Below, one piece after another: positions 8,823 to 18,668 of a stretch of DNA of 64,000 nucleotides. Origin of the DNA: an uncultured Gemmatimonadales bacterium (GTDB lineage: Bacteria; Gemmatimonadota; Gemmatimonadetes; Gemmatimonadales; GWC2-71-9); contig CAWCFX010000006.1 of NCBI GenBank assembly GCA_963795085.1, forward strand, positions 608,001-672,000, given 5' to 3'. The first letter of the stretch is position 1. Each line of letters starts with the position of its first letter. Both the position numbers and the translations under genes were made by a program. The notes beneath the pieces were generated by a model. That model ran no database searches and had not been told where the DNA came from. It worked only from the letters and a program-made list of their open reading frames with translations.

Positions 8823-10076
8823 TTACGCCAGGGCGAATGCCGGCGCGCGGTCCCCCGCCGTTCCCGCGAGGACTTGCTGGTGGCGCATGAGGGCATCGGC
8901 GAAGTACTTGGTGGCCCAGTTCAGGATTTCGAAACGGCCGTAGCCGCCGCTCAGGGGGTAGGAACCCTTGATGCCGCCCCGGAGGCCGTCGAGGTCGCTT
9001 CGCCGGTTCTGAGTCCGCTTGAGAAAGGCAAGGATCCGGGGGACCGGCTCCAGCCATTCCCGCCGCCCGGTGATCACGTAAAGCCGCATCCAGTTGTTGG
9101 CCATCTGGGCTTCGCCGGTGAGACAGCTCCAGGAGGCGGCACCGGTCCAGTCGGGATTGAACCGGCCGGCCATCCACCCCTCGGGAGAGACCCGGCCGAG
9201 GAGCGCTTGCGCGGCCCGGCTGCCGGACTCGAGCAGTTGTTCGTCCTCCAGCACCCGGCCGCCTTCGAGCAGGCCGCGGATGGTGTAGGCCAGCGTGTGG
9301 AGCAGCGGATGGGCCGGGTCGGTGAGACAACAGTTGGGGAACCAGCCGTTGGCGGCCTGCTCCCGGCGGACGGCATGGAGGTTCCGGGCGGCGGCGTCCT
9401 TGAACGCCGGGACCTGGAGCCGGACACCGGCCTCGGCCAGGGCCCAGGCCACCCGTGCGTTGTACAGCGTCGTCTCGGCCCTGGCGAACTGGGAGTTCCC
9501 CTTGCGCCAGTGGCCGTCCGGCTGCATGACCTCGACCAGGTACTCGCCGGCGCGGCGGGCGGCCGCCTCGAAGGCCGGATCGCCGGTCCATTCGAAGGCC
9601 GCCAGCCAGCCCAGCATCACCTGGCCGGTATTGAAGACGGCGGGGGTGCGGCCCTGCCCGATGACCCCCCCCTGCACCGCTCCGCTGTCCATCTGGATTT
9701 CGCACTCCCACCGGGCAGCCCGCACGGCCCGGTCGGCCAGGTCGGGCCGGCCGAGGTGGTGGGACGCTTCCAGCAGGGTGGGGATGATATAGCCGGTGGT
9801 TTCCGGGTAGTCGGCCTGCCAGCCGGCCCCGCCGAAGTAGGCGTTGTAGGCGACCGAGAAACCTCTCGCGATCCCGCCCCCGGGGGAGGCATCCTGCGCA
9901 GCTTGGAGCCATTCGATTGCCGCGACAAGGTGGGGTCGATGGGTCGCGTCGACCTCGTGTCCCCGGGCTTCGGCCAGCAGCTCAAGACAGGCCGTCGGGT
10001 TCAGCGCGGGCACTGCGCGGATACTACGGCACCGTCCGTCAATTGCACGGAACAGATGAGAGAAAAATTCGGCCAT
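8823..10076 (-). CDS. (alpha/alpha)-barrel protein with prenyltransferase/squalene-oxidase (QW-like) repeats, EPS-locus type
   Basis: YPETTGYIIPTL, FNTGQV, Q-x-x-DG-x-W repeats (QMDSGA, QPDGHW, QAANGW), HTLAYT, CLTGEAQ and NWATKYFADAL. Start uncertain. Confidence 0.7.
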   Translation of the reverse strand: MAEFFSHLFRAIDGRCRSIRAVPALNPTACLELLAEARGHEVDATHRPHLVAAIEWLQAAQDASPGGGIARGFSVAYNAYFGGAGWQADYPETTGYIIPTLLEASHHLGRPDLADRAVRAARWECEIQMDSGAVQGGVIGQGRTPAVFNTGQVMLGWLAAFEWTGDPAFEAAARRAGEYLVEVMQPDGHWRKGNSQFARAETTLYNARVAWALAEAGVRLQVPAFKDAAARNLHAVRREQAANGWFPNCCLTDPAHPLLHTLAYTIRGLLEGGRVLEDEQLLESGSRAAQALLGRVSPEGWMAGRFNPDWTGAASWSCLTGEAQMANNWMRLYVITGRREWLEPVPRILAFLKRTQNRRSDLDGLRGGIKGSYPLSGGYGRFEILNWATKYFADALMRHQQVLAGTAGDRAPAFALA

Positions 10077-10230
10077 GCGAGCAGAATGGGGCACCGGCAA
10101 CACCCGTGGCAGGATTAAGGGCCAGGAGAACCGCCACCAACCTAATCTGGAAAGGGCGGTAGAACGAGTATTCGTCTATAATTAGGCCGAGAGATTTCCG
10201 CCCAACGCCCAGAGGGAGGTAGCGGCAGAC

Positions 10231-11169
10231 ATGGCACCGCTTTTTTTTATCGTTGGATTTCAGCGAAGCGGTACGACGCTCCTCCGGATGATGCTCGACA
10301 GCCATCCCGAAATCGCCATCCCGCTGGATGTCGTCGGCCTTTGGGCCCGTTACGAAGAGCAGCTTCCGCAATATAACTTTCTCACGGACGCAGCTGATAT
10401 CCGGCGGATGGTCCAGGATATTCTCCGGGAGGACCGGATCAGGCTTTGGCAGGTTCCTCTCGACACGGACCAGATTCTTGAGTTGAGGTCATCCCCCGGG
10501 CTTGCCGGAATCGTGGATGCCTTTGGGACGGCATACGCCCGGGCCAAGGGCAAGCGATTCTGGGGGGACAAGGATCCCGGGAACATGGTCCGCATCGATC
10601 AGCTCAACCGGTGGTTTCCATCGAGCCGCATCATCCACATAATCCGAGACGGTCGTGACGCCTGCCTTTCACATTTGGAGCAGGATTTTGGCCATAAGGA
10701 CGTACTGGCCTGCGCCAGCGCCTGGCGCGAGGAGATCGAATGGGTCCGGCGAATCGGCCGCCTGCTCGGTAATGCCCGTTATTTTGAGCTTCGATACGAA
10801 GACTTGCTGGCCGACCCCGAGACGGTTCTGGCCAGGGTGACAACCTTTATTGGGGTTCCTTACTCGGCCCGAATGCTGGAATACCACACCAGGGTAGACC
10901 AGGGGATTCCGCGCGAGAAGCGCCACATTTGGAAGCACATTGGCGAACCGCCCCGGCTGGATAATGCAGCAAAGTGGAAGCGGGAGATGCGCCGCCCCCT
11001 GCGAATCTGCTTCGAGAAGCGCGCAGGAATGGCTCTCCGTGACCTGGGGTACGAGGTGCTTTCCCATCCCGGAGGGGCGTACGTGGAGGAAATGAGGCAG
11101 TTGGCTGGGAGGGCATGGACGGCACTCCGAGAGCGGATGCGGTCGGGACGCACGGCGCGCCCGGTGTGA
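10231..11169 (+). CDS. Sulfotransferase family protein
   Basis: VGFQRSGTTLLRMMLDSHP, WGDKDP, IHIIRDGRD and LRYEDL. GGAGG SD and TATAAT (10177-10182) upstream. Confidence 0.92.
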   Translation: MAPLFFIVGFQRSGTTLLRMMLDSHPEIAIPLDVVGLWARYEEQLPQYNFLTDAADIRRMVQDILREDRIRLWQVPLDTDQILELRSSPGLAGIVDAFGTAYARAKGKRFWGDKDPGNMVRIDQLNRWFPSSRIIHIIRDGRDACLSHLEQDFGHKDVLACASAWREEIEWVRRIGRLLGNARYFELRYEDLLADPETVLARVTTFIGVPYSARMLEYHTRVDQGIPREKRHIWKHIGEPPRLDNAAKWKREMRRPLRICFEKRAGMALRDLGYEVLSHPGGAYVEEMRQLAGRAWTALRERMRSGRTARPV

Positions 11170-12662
11170 CTCTGACCGACCCCAAGGAAGTTCCCGCCAG
11201 CGCAGCCGCGACGCAGCGGGGGCTGGACGATTCCCTCATGAGAGGCCTGGCGTGGACCGGGGCCATCAAGTGGGCCACGCAGTTGTTCAGCTGGGGGTCG
11301 ATGCTGGTCATCGCCCGTATCCTGACACCGGCTGATTTCGGACTGGTTGGGATGGCGACCATCTACCTCGGCCTTGTCCAGTTGATCAACGAATTCGGTC
11401 TCGGGGCCGCTATTATCCGGCAACGGAACCTCACCGAAGATCAGATCGCGGAACTGGGAGGGCTTTCAGCCGCGTTCGGTGTATTCCTCTGGGGTGTTTC
11501 GATCCTCGTATCGGGGTTTATTGCGACCTTCTTCGGCGAGCCGGCAGTCCGCTGGATCGTGATTGCGCTAGGTTCGACATTCGTCCTTTCCGCCCTCCGC
11601 GTCCTCCCGAAATCTCTGCTCGCCCGGGAACTACGGTTCAAGCGGGCCAGTGCGCTGAACGGTATCGAAGGCCTGGTGGCGCCTGCCGTCACCCTGGGGT
11701 TGGCCATCCTCGGGTACCGCTACTGGTCTATCGTGTTTGGCAGTATCGCGGGGAGCTTCGTCGCGACCGGCTTCGGCCTGTATTGGCGTCATCACCGATT
11801 GGCATTTCCCCGCGGTCTCGCGAAGATTGCCGAGCCGCTGAAGTTCGGATGGCATATAGTGGGAGCCCGCGTGGCCTGGTATCTGTACAGCACGGCGGAC
11901 TTTACCATCGTCGGCCGCATGTTCAACAAGAATGTGCTGGGCGGATACAACTTTGCGTGGACGCTCGCCAGCCTGCCAGTCACCCGGATCGGCGACCTGG
12001 TGGCGCAGGTGACACCCGCGATTTTTTCGGCCGTCCAGGATGACCAGGCCGCATTGCGGCGCTATCTCCTCCGGCTCACCGAAGGGCTCGCTCTGGTCAC
12101 CTTTCCCTTCTCCGTCGGCCTGGCGCTGGTCGCCGAGGATTTCATTCATGTCATGCTCGGTTCCCAATGGAGCGTCGCGGTGGTGCCCCTCCGCCTGCTG
12201 GCCTTTTATGCGGGGTTTCGCTGCATCACCCTGCTCTTCCCGCAGGTCCTCGCGGCGGTCGGCCGTTCCCGCAGTCAGATGATGCTGAGCATCCTTGGCC
12301 TGATCGTAATGCCTCCGCTCTTTTTCATCGGAGGAAGGCTGGGGGACGTCGCGGGGGTGGCCTGGGCCTGGATCGTCGGCTACCCGATTGTCATGTTCCC
12401 AGCGTTCTGGCAGGTGTTCGCGATTACCGGGATCCGCACGAGGGAATATATTGCGACCCTGTGGCCCGCGATCCTGGGAACCGCCCTGATGGCGGCCGTC
12501 GTCCTGGCCCTCCAGCAATTCGTCAGCCCGGACCTGCCGCGGCTGACCAGCCTTCTTCTCCAGTCCTCTGCGGGCGCACTCGCGTATGGGTTCTTCTTGC
12601 TGGTCAGCCAAAAACACCGGCTCCGTACCCTCCGGAGGATGATGGGAGAGCTCCGCCGTTGA
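11166..12662 (+). CDS. wzx: Polysaccharide flippase (Wzx/PST family)
   Basis: IARILTPADFGLVGM, EFGLGAAII, DFTIVGR and GGYNFA. About 12-14 TM helices. GTG start overlaps the upstream TGA. Confidence 0.88.
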   Translation: MTLTDPKEVPASAAATQRGLDDSLMRGLAWTGAIKWATQLFSWGSMLVIARILTPADFGLVGMATIYLGLVQLINEFGLGAAIIRQRNLTEDQIAELGGLSAAFGVFLWGVSILVSGFIATFFGEPAVRWIVIALGSTFVLSALRVLPKSLLARELRFKRASALNGIEGLVAPAVTLGLAILGYRYWSIVFGSIAGSFVATGFGLYWRHHRLAFPRGLAKIAEPLKFGWHIVGARVAWYLYSTADFTIVGRMFNKNVLGGYNFAWTLASLPVTRIGDLVAQVTPAIFSAVQDDQAALRRYLLRLTEGLALVTFPFSVGLALVAEDFIHVMLGSQWSVAVVPLRLLAFYAGFRCITLLFPQVLAAVGRSRSQMMLSILGLIVMPPLFFIGGRLGDVAGVAWAWIVGYPIVMFPAFWQVFAITGIRTREYIATLWPAILGTALMAAVVLALQQFVSPDLPRLTSLLLQSSAGALAYGFFLLVSQKHRLRTLRRMMGELRR

Positions 12663-13984
12663 CGAGTCTGGAACGGCCACGTCGTCCCGTCGTCATCCTC
12701 GCCTACCACTATCCGCCCAGCCGCGAGGTGGGCGGGCTGCGGGCGGCAAAAGTGGCGCGGGCCCTTCGGGACGCGGGCCACCAGGTCACGGTAGTCACCG
12801 CCCGGCTGCCGGACGAGACCGCCATGCTCCGGGAGGAACAGCCGGGTCTGCGGGTCGTGGCGGTAGCGCCCCACCGAAATCCGCGGGAGCTCTACCTGGC
12901 TTGGAAACACCGCAGAAGGGCGTCCCCCGAATCGGGCATGGCGCCCGCCGCCGAAGATCCCGGTACACCGGCCGCGGGGCAGGTTCCGCTCTGGAAACGG
13001 CTGATTTTTTCCCTGCTCTGGCTGCCGGACGATACCCAGGGATTCATTGGCCCCGCCGTTCGGGCCGCGCGCGCCGCGGCCCCGGGGAACGATGTGTTGT
13101 ACTATACGACCGCGCCCCCCTTCACGGCTCACCTGGCCGGCTGGTGGCTCCGGCGGCGCACCGGGTCCCGATGGATCGCCGAGTTCCGGGACCCCTGGAC
13201 CGACAATCCATGGAAACCAGATCACGTCCGGACGGCAGCGTCCGATGCGATCGAACGGTGGCTGGAACGGCAGTGCCTCAGGGCCGCCGACCTCGTGGTC
13301 TGCGTGTCCGAAGGGATTGAGCGGCTGATGCGGAAGAAATTGCCCGCCCGGCCGGAGAGGGTCATCCTGGTCCGCAACGGGATTGACCACCTGGCGCCCG
13401 GGCCGGCTGAACTGCCGGCCTCGGGACCGTTCCGGATCGTGCATGTCGGGTCCTTTTATCACGGCCGGGACCCCCGCCCGTTTCTCCAAGGCCTCGCGCT
13501 GCTGCGGTCCACCCGGCCGCTGACAGCCGATGACATCCTGGTGGACCTCGTGGGCCAGTGCCGCTGGTTTGACGGGGTGTCCATTGAAGCGACGGCCCGG
13601 GACCTGGGAGTCGCGGACCTGGTAAGATTCGACGACTGGGTTCCCCATGCCCGGGCGCAGCACCTGGTCGGGTCAGCCGACCTGCTGCTCCTCCTGGCCC
13701 AGAACCAGCCCGACCAGGTCCCCAACAAGCTGTACGAGTACCTGGGAGTGCGGCGGCCGATTCTCGCGTTCGTGGACGAGGGGGGGGAGTCCGCGCGAAT
13801 GCTGCTGGAGGCACAGGGTCACTTTCCGTTGTTCGACGACGACCCCGCCGCTGCCGCCAGCGCCATCGCCACTGCCCTCTCCCGGCGGCACCGCCGCCTC
13901 GCCACTGGAGAAGACCTTCTGCAGACGTGGACCAGCGAACAGCAGCTGTCCCGGCTGATTCACGCAGTGGAGATAATGCCATGA
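12659..13984 (+). CDS. Glycosyltransferase family 4
   Basis: AYHYPP, EFRDPW, VRNGID and PNKLYEYL. TTG start overlaps the upstream TGA. Confidence 0.88.
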   Translation: MTSLERPRRPVVILAYHYPPSREVGGLRAAKVARALRDAGHQVTVVTARLPDETAMLREEQPGLRVVAVAPHRNPRELYLAWKHRRRASPESGMAPAAEDPGTPAAGQVPLWKRLIFSLLWLPDDTQGFIGPAVRAARAAAPGNDVLYYTTAPPFTAHLAGWWLRRRTGSRWIAEFRDPWTDNPWKPDHVRTAASDAIERWLERQCLRAADLVVCVSEGIERLMRKKLPARPERVILVRNGIDHLAPGPAELPASGPFRIVHVGSFYHGRDPRPFLQGLALLRSTRPLTADDILVDLVGQCRWFDGVSIEATARDLGVADLVRFDDWVPHARAQHLVGSADLLLLLAQNQPDQVPNKLYEYLGVRRPILAFVDEGGESARMLLEAQGHFPLFDDDPAAAASAIATALSRRHRRLATGEDLLQTWTSEQQLSRLIHAVEIMP

Positions 13985-14691
13985 GTTGGGATGATCTCAT
14001 GATGAAGGCCCGTCAGGGGCAGGGCATCATGCGGCACGCCAAGCCCGCCTGGAAGGCCCTGCAGGGCTTTCGCCTCCCCGTGATCCGGCCCGTGGTTGGC
14101 CTGATGTACGGCCTGGGCAATGTCTGGAACCGGGGCTGGCCCCTGGCGGCCAAGATCCTCTGGCGCGAGCCGCTGCTCCGCTACCGCTGCGCGGCCGTGG
14201 GCCGGCGGCTGCAGCTGGAGGGGGCGATTCCCGAAATCGAGGGCAACGGACGGATTGAACTCGGGGAGGATGTCCGCATAGGCGGACGGTGCACCTGGAT
14301 CGTGGGCTTCAAGGTTTCAGCGGGTGCTGAGCTCGTCATCGGCAACCGGGTGAGCGTGAACTACCAGAATCTCATCAGCGTGGCCAAGAGTGTTCGAATC
14401 GGTGACGACACCATGATCGCCGCGAACGTCCAGATATTCGATAATATCAGTCACCCGCTCTCGCCATCCCGCCGTCTGCGGCACGAGCCATTCACACTCG
14501 AGGAGGCCGCGCCGGTCGTCATCGGAACCAACTGCTGGATAGGCACCAATTCGATCATCATGCGGGGCGTGACCATCGGAGACAACTCGGTCGTAGCGGC
14601 CGGCTCAATCGTCACCAAGCCGGTCGCGCCGAATACCCTGGTGGGAGGCAACCCCGCCGCCGTGATCAAGCAGATCCCCGACGACCGGTAG
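13981..14691 (+). CDS. Hexapeptide-repeat (left-handed beta-helix) O-acyltransferase
   Basis: PVVIGTNCWIGTNSIIMRGVTIGDNSVVAAGSIV and GGNPA. ATGA overlap with upstream gene. Confidence 0.9.
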   Translation: MSWDDLMMKARQGQGIMRHAKPAWKALQGFRLPVIRPVVGLMYGLGNVWNRGWPLAAKILWREPLLRYRCAAVGRRLQLEGAIPEIEGNGRIELGEDVRIGGRCTWIVGFKVSAGAELVIGNRVSVNYQNLISVAKSVRIGDDTMIAANVQIFDNISHPLSPSRRLRHEPFTLEEAAPVVIGTNCWIGTNSIIMRGVTIGDNSVVAAGSIVTKPVAPNTLVGGNPAAVIKQIPDDR

Positions 14692-15829
14692 CTCGCCCCA
14701 CCAGCTCGCCGTACAACTGGGCATAATCCGCAACCATGCGGTCGAGGCTGTACTGCTGCTCGATCCGTCGCCGGGCCAGGCGCGCATCGGCATCTCGCGC
14801 GGACCGGTCGGTGAGCGCCGAGCGCCAGGCCAGTGCGATGGCTTCGGGATCCTCGGATGGCACCAGGCGGTGCGCGAGTTCAGGGCCGAGGACATCGGGA
14901 TTGCCACCCACCCGGGTGACCACGGGGCAGACCTCCGAACTCATCGCCTCCATCAGGCTGACCGAAGTTCCCTCGCTCCGCGACGTGAGCGTGAAGAGGG
15001 TGGTGGCGGCCAGGAACTCGTGGATGTCGCTCCGCCAGCCCAGGACCCGGGCCTTTCCGGCCAGGCCGCGCTCCGTGATCAGGTCCTCGACCCGCGCCCG
15101 GTCGGGTCCGTCCCCCGCTATCAGGAGCGCCGTCTGGCCCGGCGGCTGCATCCGTTCCAGGATGGCAAACGCTTCGACCATTACGTCATATCCCTTGATG
15201 TGGTCCAGCCGGCCGAGGCTGCCGATGATGGCCGTGTGGGTGCCCAGTCCCCACTCCTTCCGGAGCAGTCCGTTATCCTGTCGGTGCCGATACGCGGACG
15301 TGTCAACGCCGTTGAGGATGACCCGCAACCGGTCGGGGGCGCTCATGACGGTTTTCGCCATCTGGCCCCCCAGGGTCTCGGAGACAGCGACCGTGCAGTC
15401 CGTTCGCCGGGAGGCGAGACGGTCCACCAGCCGGTCCGTCCAGGGGTCGGGGTGCTGGCGCCCGTGGTCGGTGTGGACGACCACCGGCACCCCCGCCCGC
15501 CGGGCGGCGAGTGAGGCCTTGTACCATACCCCGCTATGGGTGTGAACGACATCCGGTGCGATCGCCCGGATCTGGCGGATGAGCGGGCCCGGCCAGGCCA
15601 TGGACCAGGGAGGCAATTTGGCGCCTACGTGCAGGCCGGCATGGGGCGACAACCCGTCGGCGTACCGTCCCAGAAACCGCAGCGCCAGGACGTGGGACTC
15701 AATGGCGGCGGGGTCGAACCGGCGCACCAGGTCCGCCACGAGCCGCTCCAGCCCACCGGCCTCGAGGTCGAGCACCACCTGGAGGACTCGGATGCGGCCG
15801 GGTAGAGGCGACGACGGCCTGTTGTTCAG
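14666..15829 (-). CDS. Glycosyltransferase family 4
   Basis: IRVLQVVLDLEAGGLER, VVHTH, ILNGVD, GRLDHIKG and SRSEGTSVSLMEAM. The start is uncertain: the best candidate is a CTG overlapping the upstream TGA. Confidence 0.88.
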   Translation of the reverse strand: MNNRPSSPLPGRIRVLQVVLDLEAGGLERLVADLVRRFDPAAIESHVLALRFLGRYADGLSPHAGLHVGAKLPPWSMAWPGPLIRQIRAIAPDVVHTHSGVWYKASLAARRAGVPVVVHTDHGRQHPDPWTDRLVDRLASRRTDCTVAVSETLGGQMAKTVMSAPDRLRVILNGVDTSAYRHRQDNGLLRKEWGLGTHTAIIGSLGRLDHIKGYDVMVEAFAILERMQPPGQTALLIAGDGPDRARVEDLITERGLAGKARVLGWRSDIHEFLAATTLFTLTSRSEGTSVSLMEAMSSEVCPVVTRVGGNPDVLGPELAHRLVPSEDPEAIALAWRSALTDRSARDADARLARRRIEQQYSLDRMVADYAQLYGELVGRATGRRGSA

Positions 15830-17304
15830 CGGCCCGGGGGTGGCTGAGGCGGCATGGCCGGACCGGACGGCGGCGGAAGGGGACCGCGGGCCTGAGGAAC
15901 ATGCGTCCGCCGCCCCCGCCGGGGGTGGGCGGGAGCGGCCGGGCGCCCGGCCGGGGACAGTCTCTGATCGATACAGACAATCAGGCCCGCGGTCAGGGCG
16001 CCGAGGACATAGACCAGGTCCATGTAGGCGAAAGAGACAAAGGCTCCGGCGGCGGCAAAGGCAATAAAGGCGACCGGGAAGTACACCGTAGAGAAATAGA
16101 GAAATCGCTCTTCGGCGTCTCCCCGTCGCCACTCCTTGGGCAGGCGGCGGCGCAGCCTGATCGTCCCGACGATTCCGCCCACCACCAGCGTGCTGAACAG
16201 CAGCAACCCCGGTACGCCCATCTCGGCGCCGGCCTGCAGGAACGAGTTGTGGGGCGCGGACCACTTGATGCCCGCAAGGTTGGGGTCCGCCGCTTGCGCG
16301 ACGGCGCGGTCAGAGAGGGTGCCTTCCGCCCGGGGGAAATTGTCTACTCCGATTCCCGAGAATGGATTCAACATCATATAGCCGACACCACGCAGAAATA
16401 CGGCCTTCCGGCCGGTGGGCGACGTATAGTTATAGTCCTGCGACGGGTTGAGAATCGTCGCCATCTGCTCCCAGTAGCCAGCCGGAGCGGCAACCAATAG
16501 TCCCAGCCCGAGGACGACGACGAATCCGACCCGCTTCACCACGTCCACGTGTTTGAGCATGATCAGGAGAGCCACCGCCACCGCCGCCATCCCGATGAAT
16601 CCCCCGCGTGACCCGGTCTTGGCGATGGTCACACCAACACCAAAGAGCAGGCCAATGCAGATCAGCTTACCTTTGCTGCTTGCGGTCTGAATCAGGAGCA
16701 GCGTCAACACCAACCCGACGAGCACCACCAGCCCGATATCGTTGGAATCGTAGCTGTACCCGTTCTGAATCCGAAGCAGGCCGTCGTCGGTGGCACGGCG
16801 CATCCGGAAAACGAAAATTGACAGGTAAGACAGGCACCCCGTGCTGACCACGAAGGCCCACACCATGGTGTATAAATCCCGGGTATTGCGGATGCCGGCA
16901 ATCAGCAATACTGCAAACAGCAGGGTCTTGCTAAATTCCTGAATGATGAAAGAGGCGGAGCCGCCGATGGAGATGCTCAGTGGCACCGACAGGCAGGCGG
17001 TCAGGCCGAGGCCCATGATCACCCGCGAGGGCCAAGTGGTGAACAGCCCCCCGATCTTCAGGTACTTCGGGTTCAGGTACGCATAGGCGGCCGCCAGAAT
17101 GGTCAGCGTCAGGGCGGGACGCACCGGCCTCAGAAAGCCGAAGTTCTGGTGAATCCGGCTCAGAGTGATCACCATCAGGACGAACAACAGGATGCGGTAC
17201 GGGTCCTTCTGAAGGGCCAGGGTGGCCGGACGCCGGATGACTCGGCCGCCATAGCGAGGCGAAACCGGGATGGCCTGCGGATTGGATATGGGATGTCCGG
17301 TCAT
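15826..17304 (-). CDS. O-antigen ligase / Wzy-like polymerase family membrane protein
   Basis: DSNDIG, TGSRGG, NPFSGIG and APHNSFLQAGAEMG motifs, with multiple TMs. Confidence 0.87.
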   Translation of the reverse strand: MTGHPISNPQAIPVSPRYGGRVIRRPATLALQKDPYRILLFVLMVITLSRIHQNFGFLRPVRPALTLTILAAAYAYLNPKYLKIGGLFTTWPSRVIMGLGLTACLSVPLSISIGGSASFIIQEFSKTLLFAVLLIAGIRNTRDLYTMVWAFVVSTGCLSYLSIFVFRMRRATDDGLLRIQNGYSYDSNDIGLVVLVGLVLTLLLIQTASSKGKLICIGLLFGVGVTIAKTGSRGGFIGMAAVAVALLIMLKHVDVVKRVGFVVVLGLGLLVAAPAGYWEQMATILNPSQDYNYTSPTGRKAVFLRGVGYMMLNPFSGIGVDNFPRAEGTLSDRAVAQAADPNLAGIKWSAPHNSFLQAGAEMGVPGLLLFSTLVVGGIVGTIRLRRRLPKEWRRGDAEERFLYFSTVYFPVAFIAFAAAGAFVSFAYMDLVYVLGALTAGLIVCIDQRLSPAGRPAAPAHPRRGRRTHVPQARGPLPPPSGPAMPPQPPPGR

Positions 17305-17357
17305 GGTTTCGCCACCGTCGCAAGCATAGATTCTCCCGCCTTCCATGCGCCCGGCAG

Positions 17358-17373
17358 CGCAAGAAGGACGCCA
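17358..17373 (-). promoter_or_regulatory. Putative sigma54 promoter for the ligase/Wzy-GT4 unit
   Basis: Minus strand reads TGGCGTCCTTCTTGCG, an exact GG-N10-GC spacing, 54 nt upstream of ATG 17304. Confidence 0.65.
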
Positions 17374-17410
17374 TGCAAGATAGACCAATTGCGCCCGGCT
17401 GGCCACGGCG

Positions 17411-17428
17411 TGTCGTGCCGGCGCCACA
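17411..17428 (-). promoter_or_regulatory. Putative enhancer (UAS) motif, copy 1
   Basis: Minus strand TGTGGCGCCGGCACGACA (TGT-N12-ACA) matches the copies at 30473 and 35264. Confidence 0.45.
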
Positions 17429-17447
17429 CCCCCCAAACCCCGATATC

Positions 17448-18668
17448 GTGACTCGACCACTCCTGTTCCTGTCCCACCGGCTTCCGTTTCCACCTCACAA
17501 TGGCGCGTCGATCCGAACCTACAACATCCTGAAACAACTGGCCCGCGAGTACGAGGTCACTGCGCTCTGCTTCGACCGGACGGACCCCGCGCTGGGAGAC
17601 CTGCCGCTGGAGGGACGGGTCGAGGCTCTGCGCCCGTTCGCGCGAGTGGAAGTCTTCCCCATTCCCCAGGAATCCAGCCGGTACCGGCTGGTGCGCGATC
17701 ACCTGTTCAGCGTCCTCACCGGAAATCCTTATACCTACTACGTACACGACCTGACCGCCTACGGGGCCCGGCTGTCCGCGCTGCTCCACGAACGGACGTG
17801 GGCCGCCGTGCACCTCGACAGCATGGATCTCCTGCGTTACGTCCCTATGCTGGCGGGAACCCCGATGGTCTGCACCCACCACAATGTCGAGTCGGCGCTC
17901 CTGCGGCGCCGCGCGGGCGCCGAGACTTCCGTCCTGCTGCGGCGCTATATGCGCCACCAGGCGGCGCTCCTGGAGCGGGCTGAACGCCGGCTGCTCGGTA
18001 GGTTTGCGCTCAACGTGGCCGTTTCCGGGGACGATGCCCGGTCCTTCGCAGCTTTGGCGCCGGAGGCCAGGATCAGCGTCGTACCGAACGGCGTTGACAC
18101 CGAATCGTTCCGGCCCGCCGAAGGCCCCACCCGGGGCTGCGTTTTCGTTGGGGGAACCAGCTGGTTCCCCAACCGGGATGGGCTGGCCTGGTTTGTCCAG
18201 GCCATTCTGCCCGCCCTCGAACGCCGGCACTGGGGCAGCGAAGTAGTCTGGGTGGGACGGGCGACACCCGAAGAACTCATCCGTCACCAGGGCACCAGGG
18301 GTCTCAGATTGACCGGTTACGTCGAGGATATCCGGCCCTACGTGAATGAGGCCCGCTGCTTTATTGCTCCGTTGCGGGTGGGCGGCGGCACCCGGCTGAA
18401 AATCCTGGATGCCTGGGCCCTGGGAAAGGCTGTGGTGTCCACCTCGATTGGAGCCGAGGGGTTGTTGACCCGGGACGGCGACAACATTCTCCTGGCCGAC
18501 ACCCCGGAGGCATTTGCCGCGGCCATGGTCCGGCTGCTGGGCGATGAGGCCCTGGCCGGGCGGCTGGGTGCGGCGGCCCGGCAAACGGTCGAAGAGCACT
18601 ACAGTTGGGACATCATCGGTCGTGACATGCTGGGTCGCTACCGGGAGGTGGAGGCACCGGCTTCCTAG
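17448..18668 (+). CDS. Glycosyltransferase family 4, resembling the PEP-CTERM/XrtA-associated sugar transferases
   Basis: LSHRLPFPPHNG..IR, HHNVES, VPNGVD, APLRVGGGTRLKILDAW and STSIGAEG. GTG 17448 preferred over ATG 17373, which falls in the divergent promoter. Confidence 0.88.
   Translation: MTRPLLFLSHRLPFPPHNGASIRTYNILKQLAREYEVTALCFDRTDPALGDLPLEGRVEALRPFARVEVFPIPQESSRYRLVRDHLFSVLTGNPYTYYVHDLTAYGARLSALLHERTWAAVHLDSMDLLRYVPMLAGTPMVCTHHNVESALLRRRAGAETSVLLRRYMRHQAALLERAERRLLGRFALNVAVSGDDARSFAALAPEARISVVPNGVDTESFRPAEGPTRGCVFVGGTSWFPNRDGLAWFVQAILPALERRHWGSEVVWVGRATPEELIRHQGTRGLRLTGYVEDIRPYVNEARCFIAPLRVGGGTRLKILDAWALGKAVVSTSIGAEGLLTRDGDNILLADTPEAFAAAMVRLLGDEALAGRLGAAARQTVEEHYSWDIIGRDMLGRYREVEAPAS

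Noticed and set aside
7594..9912. 772-aa ORF with SHCPTVPL repeats fused to a sulfotransferase
   Set aside because: The upstream part is an off-frame reading of the 8823-10076 gene plus the DNA repeat. The sulfotransferase has its own ATG at 8628.
10109..10124. Sigma54 promoter for the barrel-protein gene (TGGCCCTTAATCCTGC)
   Set aside because: The GG-to-GC spacing is 11 nt rather than the required 10.
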